Position numbers and translations under genes: made by a program. A stretch of 44,782 bases of DNA, taken from positions 1-44,782 of the forward strand of contig CANQXW010000005.1 in NCBI GenBank assembly GCA_947627925.1, written 5' to 3'. The DNA comes from an uncultured Bacilli bacterium. Lineage in GTDB: Bacteria; Bacillota_I; Bacilli_A; RF39; UBA660. Of this stretch, positions 1 through 10,538 are shown one piece after another (the stretch's first letter is position 1; every line of letters begins with the position of its first letter). The notes below the pieces were generated by a model. It saw only the letters and a list, made by a program, of their open reading frames with translations, was not told where the DNA came from and made no database searches.

Positions 1-207
1 AAAAAGAAAAGCCTAATTTTACTTTATTTTCGGTTTAAATTAGACTTCTATTTTTTTCATCATCTGTCAAACTCGGGGCTTGGGTTTAAGCATTAATCCT
101 ATGTTAGCAAGTATAGCTATGGTCTTAAGTAGTTTAACAGTTATTTTTAATTCTTTAAGATTAAGAAAATAATATTCAAAATGCAAAATTAATGTTATAA
201 TAAGGTT

Positions 208-284
208 GTTCTTGTAGCTCAGTTGGATAGAGCGTACGCCTCCGACGCGTAAGGCCAAGGGTTCGATTCCCTTCAAGAACACCA
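208..284 (+). tRNA. tRNA-Arg(CCG)
   Basis: Full cloverleaf: acceptor GTTCTTG/CAAGAAC+ACCA, D-loop AGTTGGATA with the Arg identity A20, anticodon stem TACGC/GCGTA with loop CT-CCG-AC, T-loop GTTCGATTC. Extended -10 (TGtTATAAT) at 193-201. Confidence 0.96.
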
Positions 285-294
285 AAATAAAACG

Positions 295-318
295 AAACGA
301 CTTTTAAAGAGTCGTTTT
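295..318 (+). terminator. Intrinsic terminator after tRNA-Arg (probably bidirectional)
   Basis: Hairpin AAACGACT...AGTCGTTT followed by T residues, between the tRNA and a convergent CDS. Confidence 0.7.
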
Positions 319-328
319 ATAATGCTTA

Positions 329-1345
329 TTAAAAATTAAGAATTCCAAATCCTAGTACAATCCCTAAAATAATTAGAAAAATAATTAATAGAGTAAATAT
401 AGAGATATAACCTAAATTGTTATTTCCTCCTTTTAAAGAATGAGAAAATAAATCAGGAAAATTATCTCCAAAATTTTCAGTATTAAAATTTTCTAAATCA
501 TCTTTTAAAAGAAGAGGATTGAAGTTTTTAATTCTCAATTTATTTATTAATCTATCAAAATGAAATTTTAAATAAGTTTGATAATAATTTTCTAAATCTT
601 GTTGGGATTTAAAGATGCCGTTTTTAAATCCTTTTTTCATACTTTCAATAGTTATAGGTTTTAAATAGTTAAAAATAATACTTTCTAAAACCCAAGTATA
701 ATTTTCATCGTTATTTTTATTCCAAAATAATAATTCAATATAATTAAAAAGTTTTTTAACCTCTTCTTCATTAGCTATTTCTCCCAAGGCTTTTTGCAAG
801 CGAATAGCTAGTCCATTAGAAAAATATATATTTTTAATAGCGTCTATGCCAACTAAATTAGTGAGAATATAAACTACATCAGTAACGTCGCTATAACCAC
901 TATTAAGAACAGCATTGGGGTAAAATTGTTGGGCTAACATTTCAGTACATCCTTCATTTAAATAAACATTTAGGTTTTTGCCATCCGGAGTATAAGCGGC
1001 TAGCCCCGAATGAATAAGCTCTAATTCATCATAACATTTTGTACTGGCCATATGTAATAATTCATGACACATTGTAGATTCTAATAAATATTGTTCATTA
1101 ACTCCTTCTAAATCATTTTTACTTAAATATTGTTTAAAGTTAGGGTTTATGACGATTTTATTTTCTGAAAAATTATAATTAGATAATTCATTGGTAGCTG
1201 AAAATTCAATTCTTAGAGTTTTTAAATTACGATAAAAATTTTCCCGAGTATTTTCGGGAATTAATGTTTCGATTTTGTGAACTAAAGGAATAATTGAAGG
1301 ATGCTTAACTAATTCAGGGTTATTTTTTATTATTTCATCTAACAT
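329..1345 (-). CDS. Putative gluzincin-type zinc metallopeptidase with C-terminal membrane anchor
   Basis: HELLH (HExxH) motif followed by NEGCTE (third zinc ligand); C-terminal hydrophobic helix GYISIFTLLIIFLIILGIVLGFG; RBS AAGGA upstream. Confidence 0.7.
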   Translation of the reverse strand: MLDEIIKNNPELVKHPSIIPLVHKIETLIPENTRENFYRNLKTLRIEFSATNELSNYNFSENKIVINPNFKQYLSKNDLEGVNEQYLLESTMCHELLHMASTKCYDELELIHSGLAAYTPDGKNLNVYLNEGCTEMLAQQFYPNAVLNSGYSDVTDVVYILTNLVGIDAIKNIYFSNGLAIRLQKALGEIANEEEVKKLFNYIELLFWNKNNDENYTWVLESIIFNYLKPITIESMKKGFKNGIFKSQQDLENYYQTYLKFHFDRLINKLRIKNFNPLLLKDDLENFNTENFGDNFPDLFSHSLKGGNNNLGYISIFTLLIIFLIILGIVLGFGILNF

Positions 1346-1496
1346 TTTTTAGCATCCTTTCTTTATTATTTTATATATTAATTATAATTCAATTTTTTTA
1401 AAGAATATAGTTTTAAATTTTTTGCTTTACATTGTTAAGTTAGACTTTTTCCTTAAGTAAATATGCGAAAATATTTAAAATAACATTCTAATATTT

Positions 1497-1562
1497 GTTC
1501 TTGTAGAGCGTACGCCTCCGACGCGTAGGGCCAGGGGGGGTCAATTCCCTTCAAGAACACCA
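1497..1562 (+). pseudogene. Degenerate duplicate of tRNA-Arg(CCG) lacking most of the D-arm
   Basis: Matches 208-284 except for a 13-nt deletion between TAG direct repeats and a damaged T-arm (GGGTCAATTC). Ends CAAGAACACCA. Confidence 0.9.
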
Positions 1563-1572
1563 GATATAAAGC

Positions 1573-1599
1573 AAAGCGACTTGCAAAGAAGTCGCTTTT
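1573..1599 (+). terminator. Intrinsic terminator, diverged copy of the tRNA terminator
   Basis: AAAGCGACTT...AAGTCGCTTTT hairpin, homologous to 295-318. Confidence 0.65.
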
Positions 1600-1642
1600 A
1601 TGTTATTATGTATTTGTCAAGGAAACTTGAATATAATAAAAA

Positions 1643-1721
1643 AGGAATACCTAATTATGATGTGTTAGGTACTATTCCGAAATTTTGGTTAGTACCAATC
1701 TATATAGATGGTACTATTTTT
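1643..1721 (+). ncRNA. Candidate type I antitoxin sRNA (antisense to the 3' end of 1700-1792)
   Basis: TATAAT at 1632-1637 (no clear -35). Terminator TAGTACC...GGTACTA-TTTTT at 1690-1721 overlaps the end of the peptide ORF on the opposite strand. Ends are approximate. Confidence 0.6.
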
Positions 1722-1792
1722 ATTAATATGATTAAAATCACAATAATAAGGAGTATTATGATAGAGCAAAGATATCTCTCTGATTTTCTCAT
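1700..1792 (-). CDS. 30-aa hydrophobic peptide MRKSERYLCSIIILLIIVILIILIKIVPSI, candidate type I toxin
   Basis: Translated by hand. Perfect RBS AAGGAGGTGA (1797-1806), single TM helix, own sigma-A promoter, anti-SD hairpin at 1801-1826. Confidence 0.75.
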   Translation of the reverse strand: MRKSERYLCSIIILLIIVILIILIKIVPSI

Positions 1793-1862
1793 AATTTCAC
1801 CTCCTTCTACTTTAAAAGTAAAGGAGAATAGTACCTAAAACTAATTAAGTATTCCTAAAATA

Positions 1863-1891
1863 ATTATATCAAACAATTGTTTCTTGAGCAA
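1863..1891 (-). promoter_or_regulatory. Sigma-A promoter of the candidate toxin mRNA
   Basis: Minus strand TTGCTC-17 nt-TATAAT with an extended -10 TG. Confidence 0.75.
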
Positions 1892-2037
1892 GATTTTTAT
1901 ATTAATTTTATAAATTAAAAATCTCGTTGAAATAAAAATAAATGTTGGTAATAAATATTTAACTTAACCATAGTAAGTTAGCCTTTTTTTAATGACGAAA
2001 ATATTTATAAATGGTATAATTATTTTAGAGGTTAAAT

Positions 2038-4116
2038 ATGGAATATTTAGACAATTTAAATAAAGAGCAAAAAGAAGCTGTTATGCATATTGATGGTCCA
2101 TGTCTTGTGGTGGCGGGAGCTGGTTCTGGTAAAACTAAAGTACTTACTACAAGAATTGCCCATCTTATCAATCAAGGCATTTATAGTAGTCACATTTTAG
2201 CGATTACGTTTACTAATAAAGCAGCGAAAGAAATGAAAGAGAGAGTCGGAAAGTTAGTCAGTAACTCTTATGCTTTTGTGGGAACTTTCCATTCTTTTGG
2301 TTTAAGAATTATTAAAGAAAATTATGCTGAAATGGGACTTAGTAAAAATTTTACCATTATTGATTCCGATGATGTTATTACGATAATCAAAAAAATTATG
2401 AAAGAGTTAGGTATGAATCCTAAAGAGATTGCTCCATCTTATATTCGTAATCGGATTAGTTTTATTAAAAATGAAATGTTAAATGAAAATGAAATTACCC
2501 GTTATTTTTTAAGTGATGTTGAGAAAAAAGCCGCCGAAGTTTATTTTGCTTATGAAAAAACTTTACGCAAAAATAACGTTATTGATTTTGATGATTTATT
2601 AAAATTACCAGTTGAATTATTTTTAAAAAATAAAGATATTCTAAATTTATATCAAGAAAAATATCAATATATACTCGTTGATGAATATCAAGATACTAAT
2701 GAAGTTCAATATAAATTAATAAAACTTTTAGCAGGTAAATATCGCAACATCTTTGTGGTTGGCGATCAAAATCAAGCCATTTATGGCTTTAGACAAGCTA
2801 ACTATAAAAATATTTTAAATTTTGAAAAAGATTATGCTGATGCCAAAGTAATTGTTTTAAATCAAAATTATCGGAGTACGACCACTATTTTAAATGTAGC
2901 TAATTCCGTTATTAAAAATAATATCGAAAGAAAAGAAGTTAATTTATTTAGTGAACTAGGAGAAGGCGTTAAAGTCAAATATTTAAGAAGTAATGATGGT
3001 CTACAAGAAGCTAACATTGTGGTAAATGAAATTAAGGATTTACTGGAATCCGGTTATCGAAAAAGGGATATAGCGATTTTCTATCGGACTAATGCTCAAT
3101 CTCGGGTTTATGAAGAGGCTCTTCTTAAAAATAGTTTAGCTTATAAAGTGGTCGGTAGTTTTTATTTTTATAAAAGAAAAGAAATTAAAGATTTAATCAG
3201 TTATTTAAAATTAATTGCTAATCATGATGATGATGTTTCTTTAGAAAGAGTTATTAATGAACCGAAAAGAGGTATTGGTCTTAAGACTATTGAAGGCATC
3301 AATGGCAAAGCTACTAGAGAAAATACTTCAATGTTCGAAGCTATAACTTCGGGAAAAGAATTAGAATTTAAGAAGATGATTGAAGAATTAACTAAAGCTT
3401 CTTTAGATGTTTCTTTAACGGAATTAATTGATTTAGTTTTAGATAAAAGTGGTATGAAAGATGAACTTACGAAAATGCATACTTTAGAAGCTGATATTCG
3501 GTTAGAAAACTTAATGGAATTTAGAAGTATTACGGAAAATTATCAAAATATTACGGGTAGTGTAAATTTACAAGATTTCTTAGATGAAGTTAGCTTAATC
3601 GCCGATGTTACGGAACACCGGGAAGATGATGATGAAATAACTTTGATGACTTTTCATTCCGCTAAAGGATTGGAATTTAAAGTAGTCTTTATGGTGGGAA
3701 TGGAAGAAGGAATCATGCCGCACATCAATTCTTTTGATGAAGAAAATGGCATTGAAGAAGAAAGAAGATTATGCTATGTTGGTATTACAAGAGCCAAAGA
3801 AAGATTATATATTACCAATGCGAAATTAAGAATGCTTTATGGTAAAGATATGCTTAATCCGCCATCTCGTTTTATTGGGGAAATAGATCCCAAATATATT
3901 GAATCCAATGTTATGGAAGAAAAGAAAGTACTTCCCGATGAATTATATAATGATACTAATGAAGAGTATAAAAGTGGAGATATTGTAAATCATTTAACTT
4001 TTGGTCGTGGCGTAGTAGTTGCGGTCGAAGAAAGATTTGTGAGTGTCGCTTTTAATAAAAGATATGGAGTTAAGAAATTTTTAAAAAATTATAAAGGTTT
4101 AAAGAAAGGAAAATAA
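2038..4116 (+). CDS. pcrA: ATP-dependent DNA helicase PcrA/UvrD
   Basis: AGAGSGKT, TFTNKAA, DEYQD, GDxxQAIYGFR, NYRS, HSAKGLEF and EERRLCYVGITRA motifs. Confidence 0.97.
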   Translation: MEYLDNLNKEQKEAVMHIDGPCLVVAGAGSGKTKVLTTRIAHLINQGIYSSHILAITFTNKAAKEMKERVGKLVSNSYAFVGTFHSFGLRIIKENYAEMGLSKNFTIIDSDDVITIIKKIMKELGMNPKEIAPSYIRNRISFIKNEMLNENEITRYFLSDVEKKAAEVYFAYEKTLRKNNVIDFDDLLKLPVELFLKNKDILNLYQEKYQYILVDEYQDTNEVQYKLIKLLAGKYRNIFVVGDQNQAIYGFRQANYKNILNFEKDYADAKVIVLNQNYRSTTTILNVANSVIKNNIERKEVNLFSELGEGVKVKYLRSNDGLQEANIVVNEIKDLLESGYRKRDIAIFYRTNAQSRVYEEALLKNSLAYKVVGSFYFYKRKEIKDLISYLKLIANHDDDVSLERVINEPKRGIGLKTIEGINGKATRENTSMFEAITSGKELEFKKMIEELTKASLDVSLTELIDLVLDKSGMKDELTKMHTLEADIRLENLMEFRSITENYQNITGSVNLQDFLDEVSLIADVTEHREDDDEITLMTFHSAKGLEFKVVFMVGMEEGIMPHINSFDEENGIEEERRLCYVGITRAKERLYITNAKLRMLYGKDMLNPPSRFIGEIDPKYIESNVMEEKKVLPDELYNDTNEEYKSGDIVNHLTFGRGVVVAVEERFVSVAFNKRYGVKKFLKNYKGLKKGK

Positions 4117-4117
4117 A

Positions 4118-7012
<2,895 letters not shown>

Positions 7013-7014
<2 letters not shown>

Positions 7015-7035
7015 GAAGCAAATTGCTTCCTTTTT
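7013..7035 (+). terminator. Intrinsic terminator after ligA
   Basis: AGGAAGCA-AAT-TGCTTCCT-TTTT. Confidence 0.85.
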
Positions 7036-7198
7036 AGATGGTTTTCGACAAAATAGAAGAAATATCGCCAAATGTTGTCAAAATCTCCTATGGACTTTTA
7101 GTTGATACTTGTGTTTTAATAGTAAGTCGAGGCGAGGAGTCTTGCCTACTTTCAGGGGTTTTGGATAGGTCCAAGATCAATTGATAGGGGTGGCTTTG

Positions 7199-7306
7199 AT
7201 GAAATTAATTTTCTTTGGAATTTTAAAAGTAATAATTTTTATTTTGAAGCTTCGGCTAAGGAATAAAAAAACTACCTTAATTTGGATTAAGTTCCAAATT
7301 AGGTAG
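7199..7306 (+). CDS. 35-aa hydrophobic/basic peptide MKLIFFGILKVIIFILKLRLRNKKTTLIWIKFQIR, candidate (possibly degenerate) type I toxin
   Basis: Translated by hand. RBS AGGGGTGG at 7186-7193. Enclosed by complementary arms 7129-7148 and 7317-7337, with a convergent antisense sRNA. Confidence 0.55.
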   Translation: MKLIFFGILKVIIFILKLRLRNKKTTLIWIKFQIR

Positions 7307-7339
7307 CTAGTTACCTTAGGCAACGATTTCTCGTCTCCT
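7265..7339 (-). ncRNA. Candidate antisense sRNA (type I antitoxin-like)
   Basis: Minus-strand promoter TTGTTA-17-TATAAT with extended TG (7346-7374). Strong terminator CTACCTAATTTGGA...TCCAAATTAAGGTAG-TTTTTT (7265-7306). Confidence 0.7.
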
Positions 7340-7416
7340 AAAATGATTATAACATATTTTTAGATAGATAACAATTCTTCATAAATGTGTAAACAATTAA
7401 AAAATAACCCAACTGG

Positions 7417-7575
7417 TTATTTTAATTTTTTCGCTTCTCTTGCACTAATAATTACTTTTTTACCATCAATAGTCTTTTTTTGTAAATTAGGTTTTTGCTT
7501 CATTTTTGTAGCATTTAAAGCATGGCTTCTTAAATTTCCAGTTAAAGGTTTTTTAGTTGTAACTTTTTTTGCCAT
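7417..7575 (-). CDS. rpmB: 50S ribosomal protein L28
   Basis: [13 protein letters not shown]...PNLQK signature. Start at ATG 7575 behind RBS AAAGGAGG. Confidence 0.95.
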   Translation of the reverse strand: MAKKVTTKKPLTGNLRSHALNATKMKQKPNLQKKTIDGKKVIISAREAKKLK

Positions 7576-7671
7576 TATAATGCCTCCTTTTTCCTTTAAA
7601 AACTTTATCATATATTAAAAGATATGTCAAATGTTTTCAAGTAATGTTATAATATATTTGAAGGAGTTTTT

Positions 7672-10533
7672 ATGTATATACCACTTAAAGTTACAACTGA
7701 TTATAGCTTACTTAAAAGTTTAATTAAAGTTCAAGATTTAGTTAATTTTTGTGTGCAAAATAAAATTTCTTGTTGTGCTATTTGTGATTGTAATCTTTTT
7801 GGGGTAATTGAATTTTATAAAACATGTATTACTCATAATATTAAACCTATTATTGGTTTAGAAATAACATTAAATGAAAAAAAGATTTATTTATATGCTA
7901 AAAATTATGAAGGCTATAAAAATTTATTAAAGATAAATACTATCATTGGGGAAAGAAATATCAGTATTAGTGAACTTAAAATGTTAAGTGATAATCTTTT
8001 GGCTATTGTTCCTTATCAAAGTTTAGAACTTTTTGATGATGTATCTTTTTTGGAAAATAGATATATTGGTTATGAAAATAATCATGAACTGAAAAATGCT
8101 TTAGTAAAAAATAGCCATGTGGTTTATGTAAGAAATATTAAATGTTTTCAAGAAGAGAGTGAAGAGTATTTAAAATATTTAGACAGGATTAGAGGCGAAG
8201 AAGAAGGGAATTACCATAATAATTATTTTGATTTTAAAGTAACTAGTTTTGATGAAGAAAAAATGGAAGAAGTAAATAGTCTTCTTAATGTTGCTATACC
8301 AGTAGGAAAAAGGTATATTCCGGAATATAAAAAAGGGGAAGACTCTTATACTTATTTAGCTAATCTTGCTTTAAAGGGTTTAAAAAAAAGACTTAATAAT
8401 AATGTCTTTCCAATTTATATGGATAGGTTAAAATATGAAATATCAGTTATTAAAAAAATGGGGTTTGTTGATTATTTTTTAATCGTTTATGATTATGTTT
8501 TATATGCTAAAAAAAATCATATTTTAGTAGGTCCTGGAAGAGGAAGTGCGGCCGGTAGTTTAGTAAGTTATGTGATTGGGATTACGGATATTGATCCCGT
8601 AAAATACAATTTATTATTCGAAAGATTTTTAAATCCGGAAAGAGTAACAATGCCCGATATTGATATTGACTTTGATAGTACGAAAAGAGAAGAAGTTATT
8701 TCTTATGTTAAGAGTAAATATGGGGAAGAAAATGTTTCTGGAGGCATGACTTTTGCTACTTTAAAAACTCGTCTTGTTTTACGAGAGGTAGCTAGCATTT
8801 TAGCCATTGATGACAAAGTAATTAATAAATTTTTAAAAGCAATTAATAAAGACTTAGATTTAAAAAATAATTTAAAATTAAAAGTGGTGCAAGATTATCT
8901 AAAAACTTATCCAAATCTTAAAAAAATGTATGAAGTAGCGCTTCATTTGGAGGGCCTTAAGAAAAATATTAGCACCCACGCGGCGGGGATTGTAATTGCT
9001 AATAAGCCTTTAGATGAAATAATTCCGATGTATAAAAATAATGATGTTTATTTAACGGGAGTACCTATGGAGTACTTAGAAGATTTAGGTCTTTTAAAAA
9101 TGGACTTTTTAGGTTTAAAAAATTTAAGTATTATTAGTAAAATTGTGGAAAATATTCCGCATTTTAATATTTTGGATATTCCATTAGATGATAAAGAAGT
9201 TTTTGACCTTTTTAGTAGAGCGGATACTGATGGCATCTTTCAGTTTGAAACAGCTTCATTTAAAAGTATGCTTCCGAAATATCGCCCCCAAAGTTTTGCG
9301 GAGTTAATTGCTTCGATTGCTTTAGTCCGTCCCGGTCCAAGTAGGGAATTAGAAACCTATATTAAAAGAAAAAATGGCCAAGAACAAGTTACTTATTATC
9401 ATGAATCTTTAAAAGATATTTTACAAGAAACCTATGGGGTGATTGTCTATCAAGAACAAGTTATTAGTATTTTAGTTAAAATGGCTAATTTTAGTTATGC
9501 CGAAGCTGATAATATTAGAAGAGCGATGTCCAAAAAGAAAGAAGCAATTTTAAAAGAAAAAGAAAATGAATTTATGTTAAGATGTCAAAAAAATGGTTAT
9601 GAAAAAGAGATTGCCCAAAATATTTATAATCATATTCTTTCTTTTGCTTCCTATGGCTTTAATAAAGCCCATTCGGTTTCCTATGCTTACATTTCTTATT
9701 TAATGGCTTATTTAAAAGTACATTATAAGGCTTTATTTACTTTTGCTATTTTAGATGGGGAAGCCAATAATAATAAATTTAAAATTTATTTAAATGATCT
9801 TAAAAAGAATGGTTATGAAATAAAGAGTGTTAGTTTAAATATATCGAGTGATAGTTTTGTTTTAAGAGATAAAACGGTATATCTTCCTTTTTCCAAAATT
9901 CAAAATTTTCGCAGTGAAAGCATTAAAAACATTTTAACAATAAGAGAGGTAGGTTTATTTAAAGATGTTTTTGATTTCTTTAAACGAACTCATAATGTTT
10001 TAACTAAAGGGGAATATCGGATGCTTATTATATCTGGGGCTTTAGATGAATTTAATATTAAAGCGAAAACATTAATTGATAATTTAGATGTTTTAATTAA
10101 TTATGGATCTTTATATCATGATTTAGGTGATTATGCTTTAATTCCCGAATTAAAAGAAGAGGAAGATTATAGCAAGGAAGAAAAAAGAGAAAATGAAATC
10201 AATAGTTATGGCTTTTATATTAGTAATCATCCGGCTTCGAAATATAATGATCAAGAAGTAATGAAATTAGAAAATATCAAAAAATATGTTTTTAAGAATA
10301 TAATTTGTTATGTTATGGTTGAAGATATTAGTTTAATTAAAACGAAAAAGGGCGAAGATATGGGATTTATCAGTGCTTCTGATGAAACGGGGACTTGTGA
10401 TTTTACGGTGTTTCCTAACAATTTTTCGCTGTTAACTAATTTGGCAAAAAATGATATGATAAAAGTGTGGGGAAATGTTAGCAAAAGATATGATAAATAT
10501 AGTATAATAGTAAATAGATTAGTTAAGGAGTAG
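7672..10533 (+). CDS. dnaE: DNA polymerase III alpha subunit (DnaE)
   Basis: GPGRGSAAGS, FERFLNPER, MPDIDIDF, HAAG and YGFNKAH motifs; C-terminal OB fold. Confidence 0.97.
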   Translation: MYIPLKVTTDYSLLKSLIKVQDLVNFCVQNKISCCAICDCNLFGVIEFYKTCITHNIKPIIGLEITLNEKKIYLYAKNYEGYKNLLKINTIIGERNISISELKMLSDNLLAIVPYQSLELFDDVSFLENRYIGYENNHELKNALVKNSHVVYVRNIKCFQEESEEYLKYLDRIRGEEEGNYHNNYFDFKVTSFDEEKMEEVNSLLNVAIPVGKRYIPEYKKGEDSYTYLANLALKGLKKRLNNNVFPIYMDRLKYEISVIKKMGFVDYFLIVYDYVLYAKKNHILVGPGRGSAAGSLVSYVIGITDIDPVKYNLLFERFLNPERVTMPDIDIDFDSTKREEVISYVKSKYGEENVSGGMTFATLKTRLVLREVASILAIDDKVINKFLKAINKDLDLKNNLKLKVVQDYLKTYPNLKKMYEVALHLEGLKKNISTHAAGIVIANKPLDEIIPMYKNNDVYLTGVPMEYLEDLGLLKMDFLGLKNLSIISKIVENIPHFNILDIPLDDKEVFDLFSRADTDGIFQFETASFKSMLPKYRPQSFAELIASIALVRPGPSRELETYIKRKNGQEQVTYYHESLKDILQETYGVIVYQEQVISILVKMANFSYAEADNIRRAMSKKKEAILKEKENEFMLRCQKNGYEKEIAQNIYNHILSFASYGFNKAHSVSYAYISYLMAYLKVHYKALFTFAILDGEANNNKFKIYLNDLKKNGYEIKSVSLNISSDSFVLRDKTVYLPFSKIQNFRSESIKNILTIREVGLFKDVFDFFKRTHNVLTKGEYRMLIISGALDEFNIKAKTLIDNLDVLINYGSLYHDLGDYALIPELKEEEDYSKEEKRENEINSYGFYISNHPASKYNDQEVMKLENIKKYVFKNIICYVMVEDISLIKTKKGEDMGFISASDETGTCDFTVFPNNFSLLTNLAKNDMIKVWGNVSKRYDKYSIIVNRLVKE

Positions 10534-10538
10534 CAACT

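Noticed and set aside
67-285. 72-aa minus-strand ORF
   Set aside because: Antisense shadow of tRNA-Arg and its promoter.
1524-1540. G7 run as a phase-variable tract
   Set aside because: It lies in the decayed T-arm of the pseudo-tRNA, not in a promoter spacer or CDS.
1581-1838. 85-aa plus-strand ORF
   Set aside because: TTG start inside a terminator with no RBS. The opposite strand has a promoter, a perfect RBS and a 30-aa ORF.
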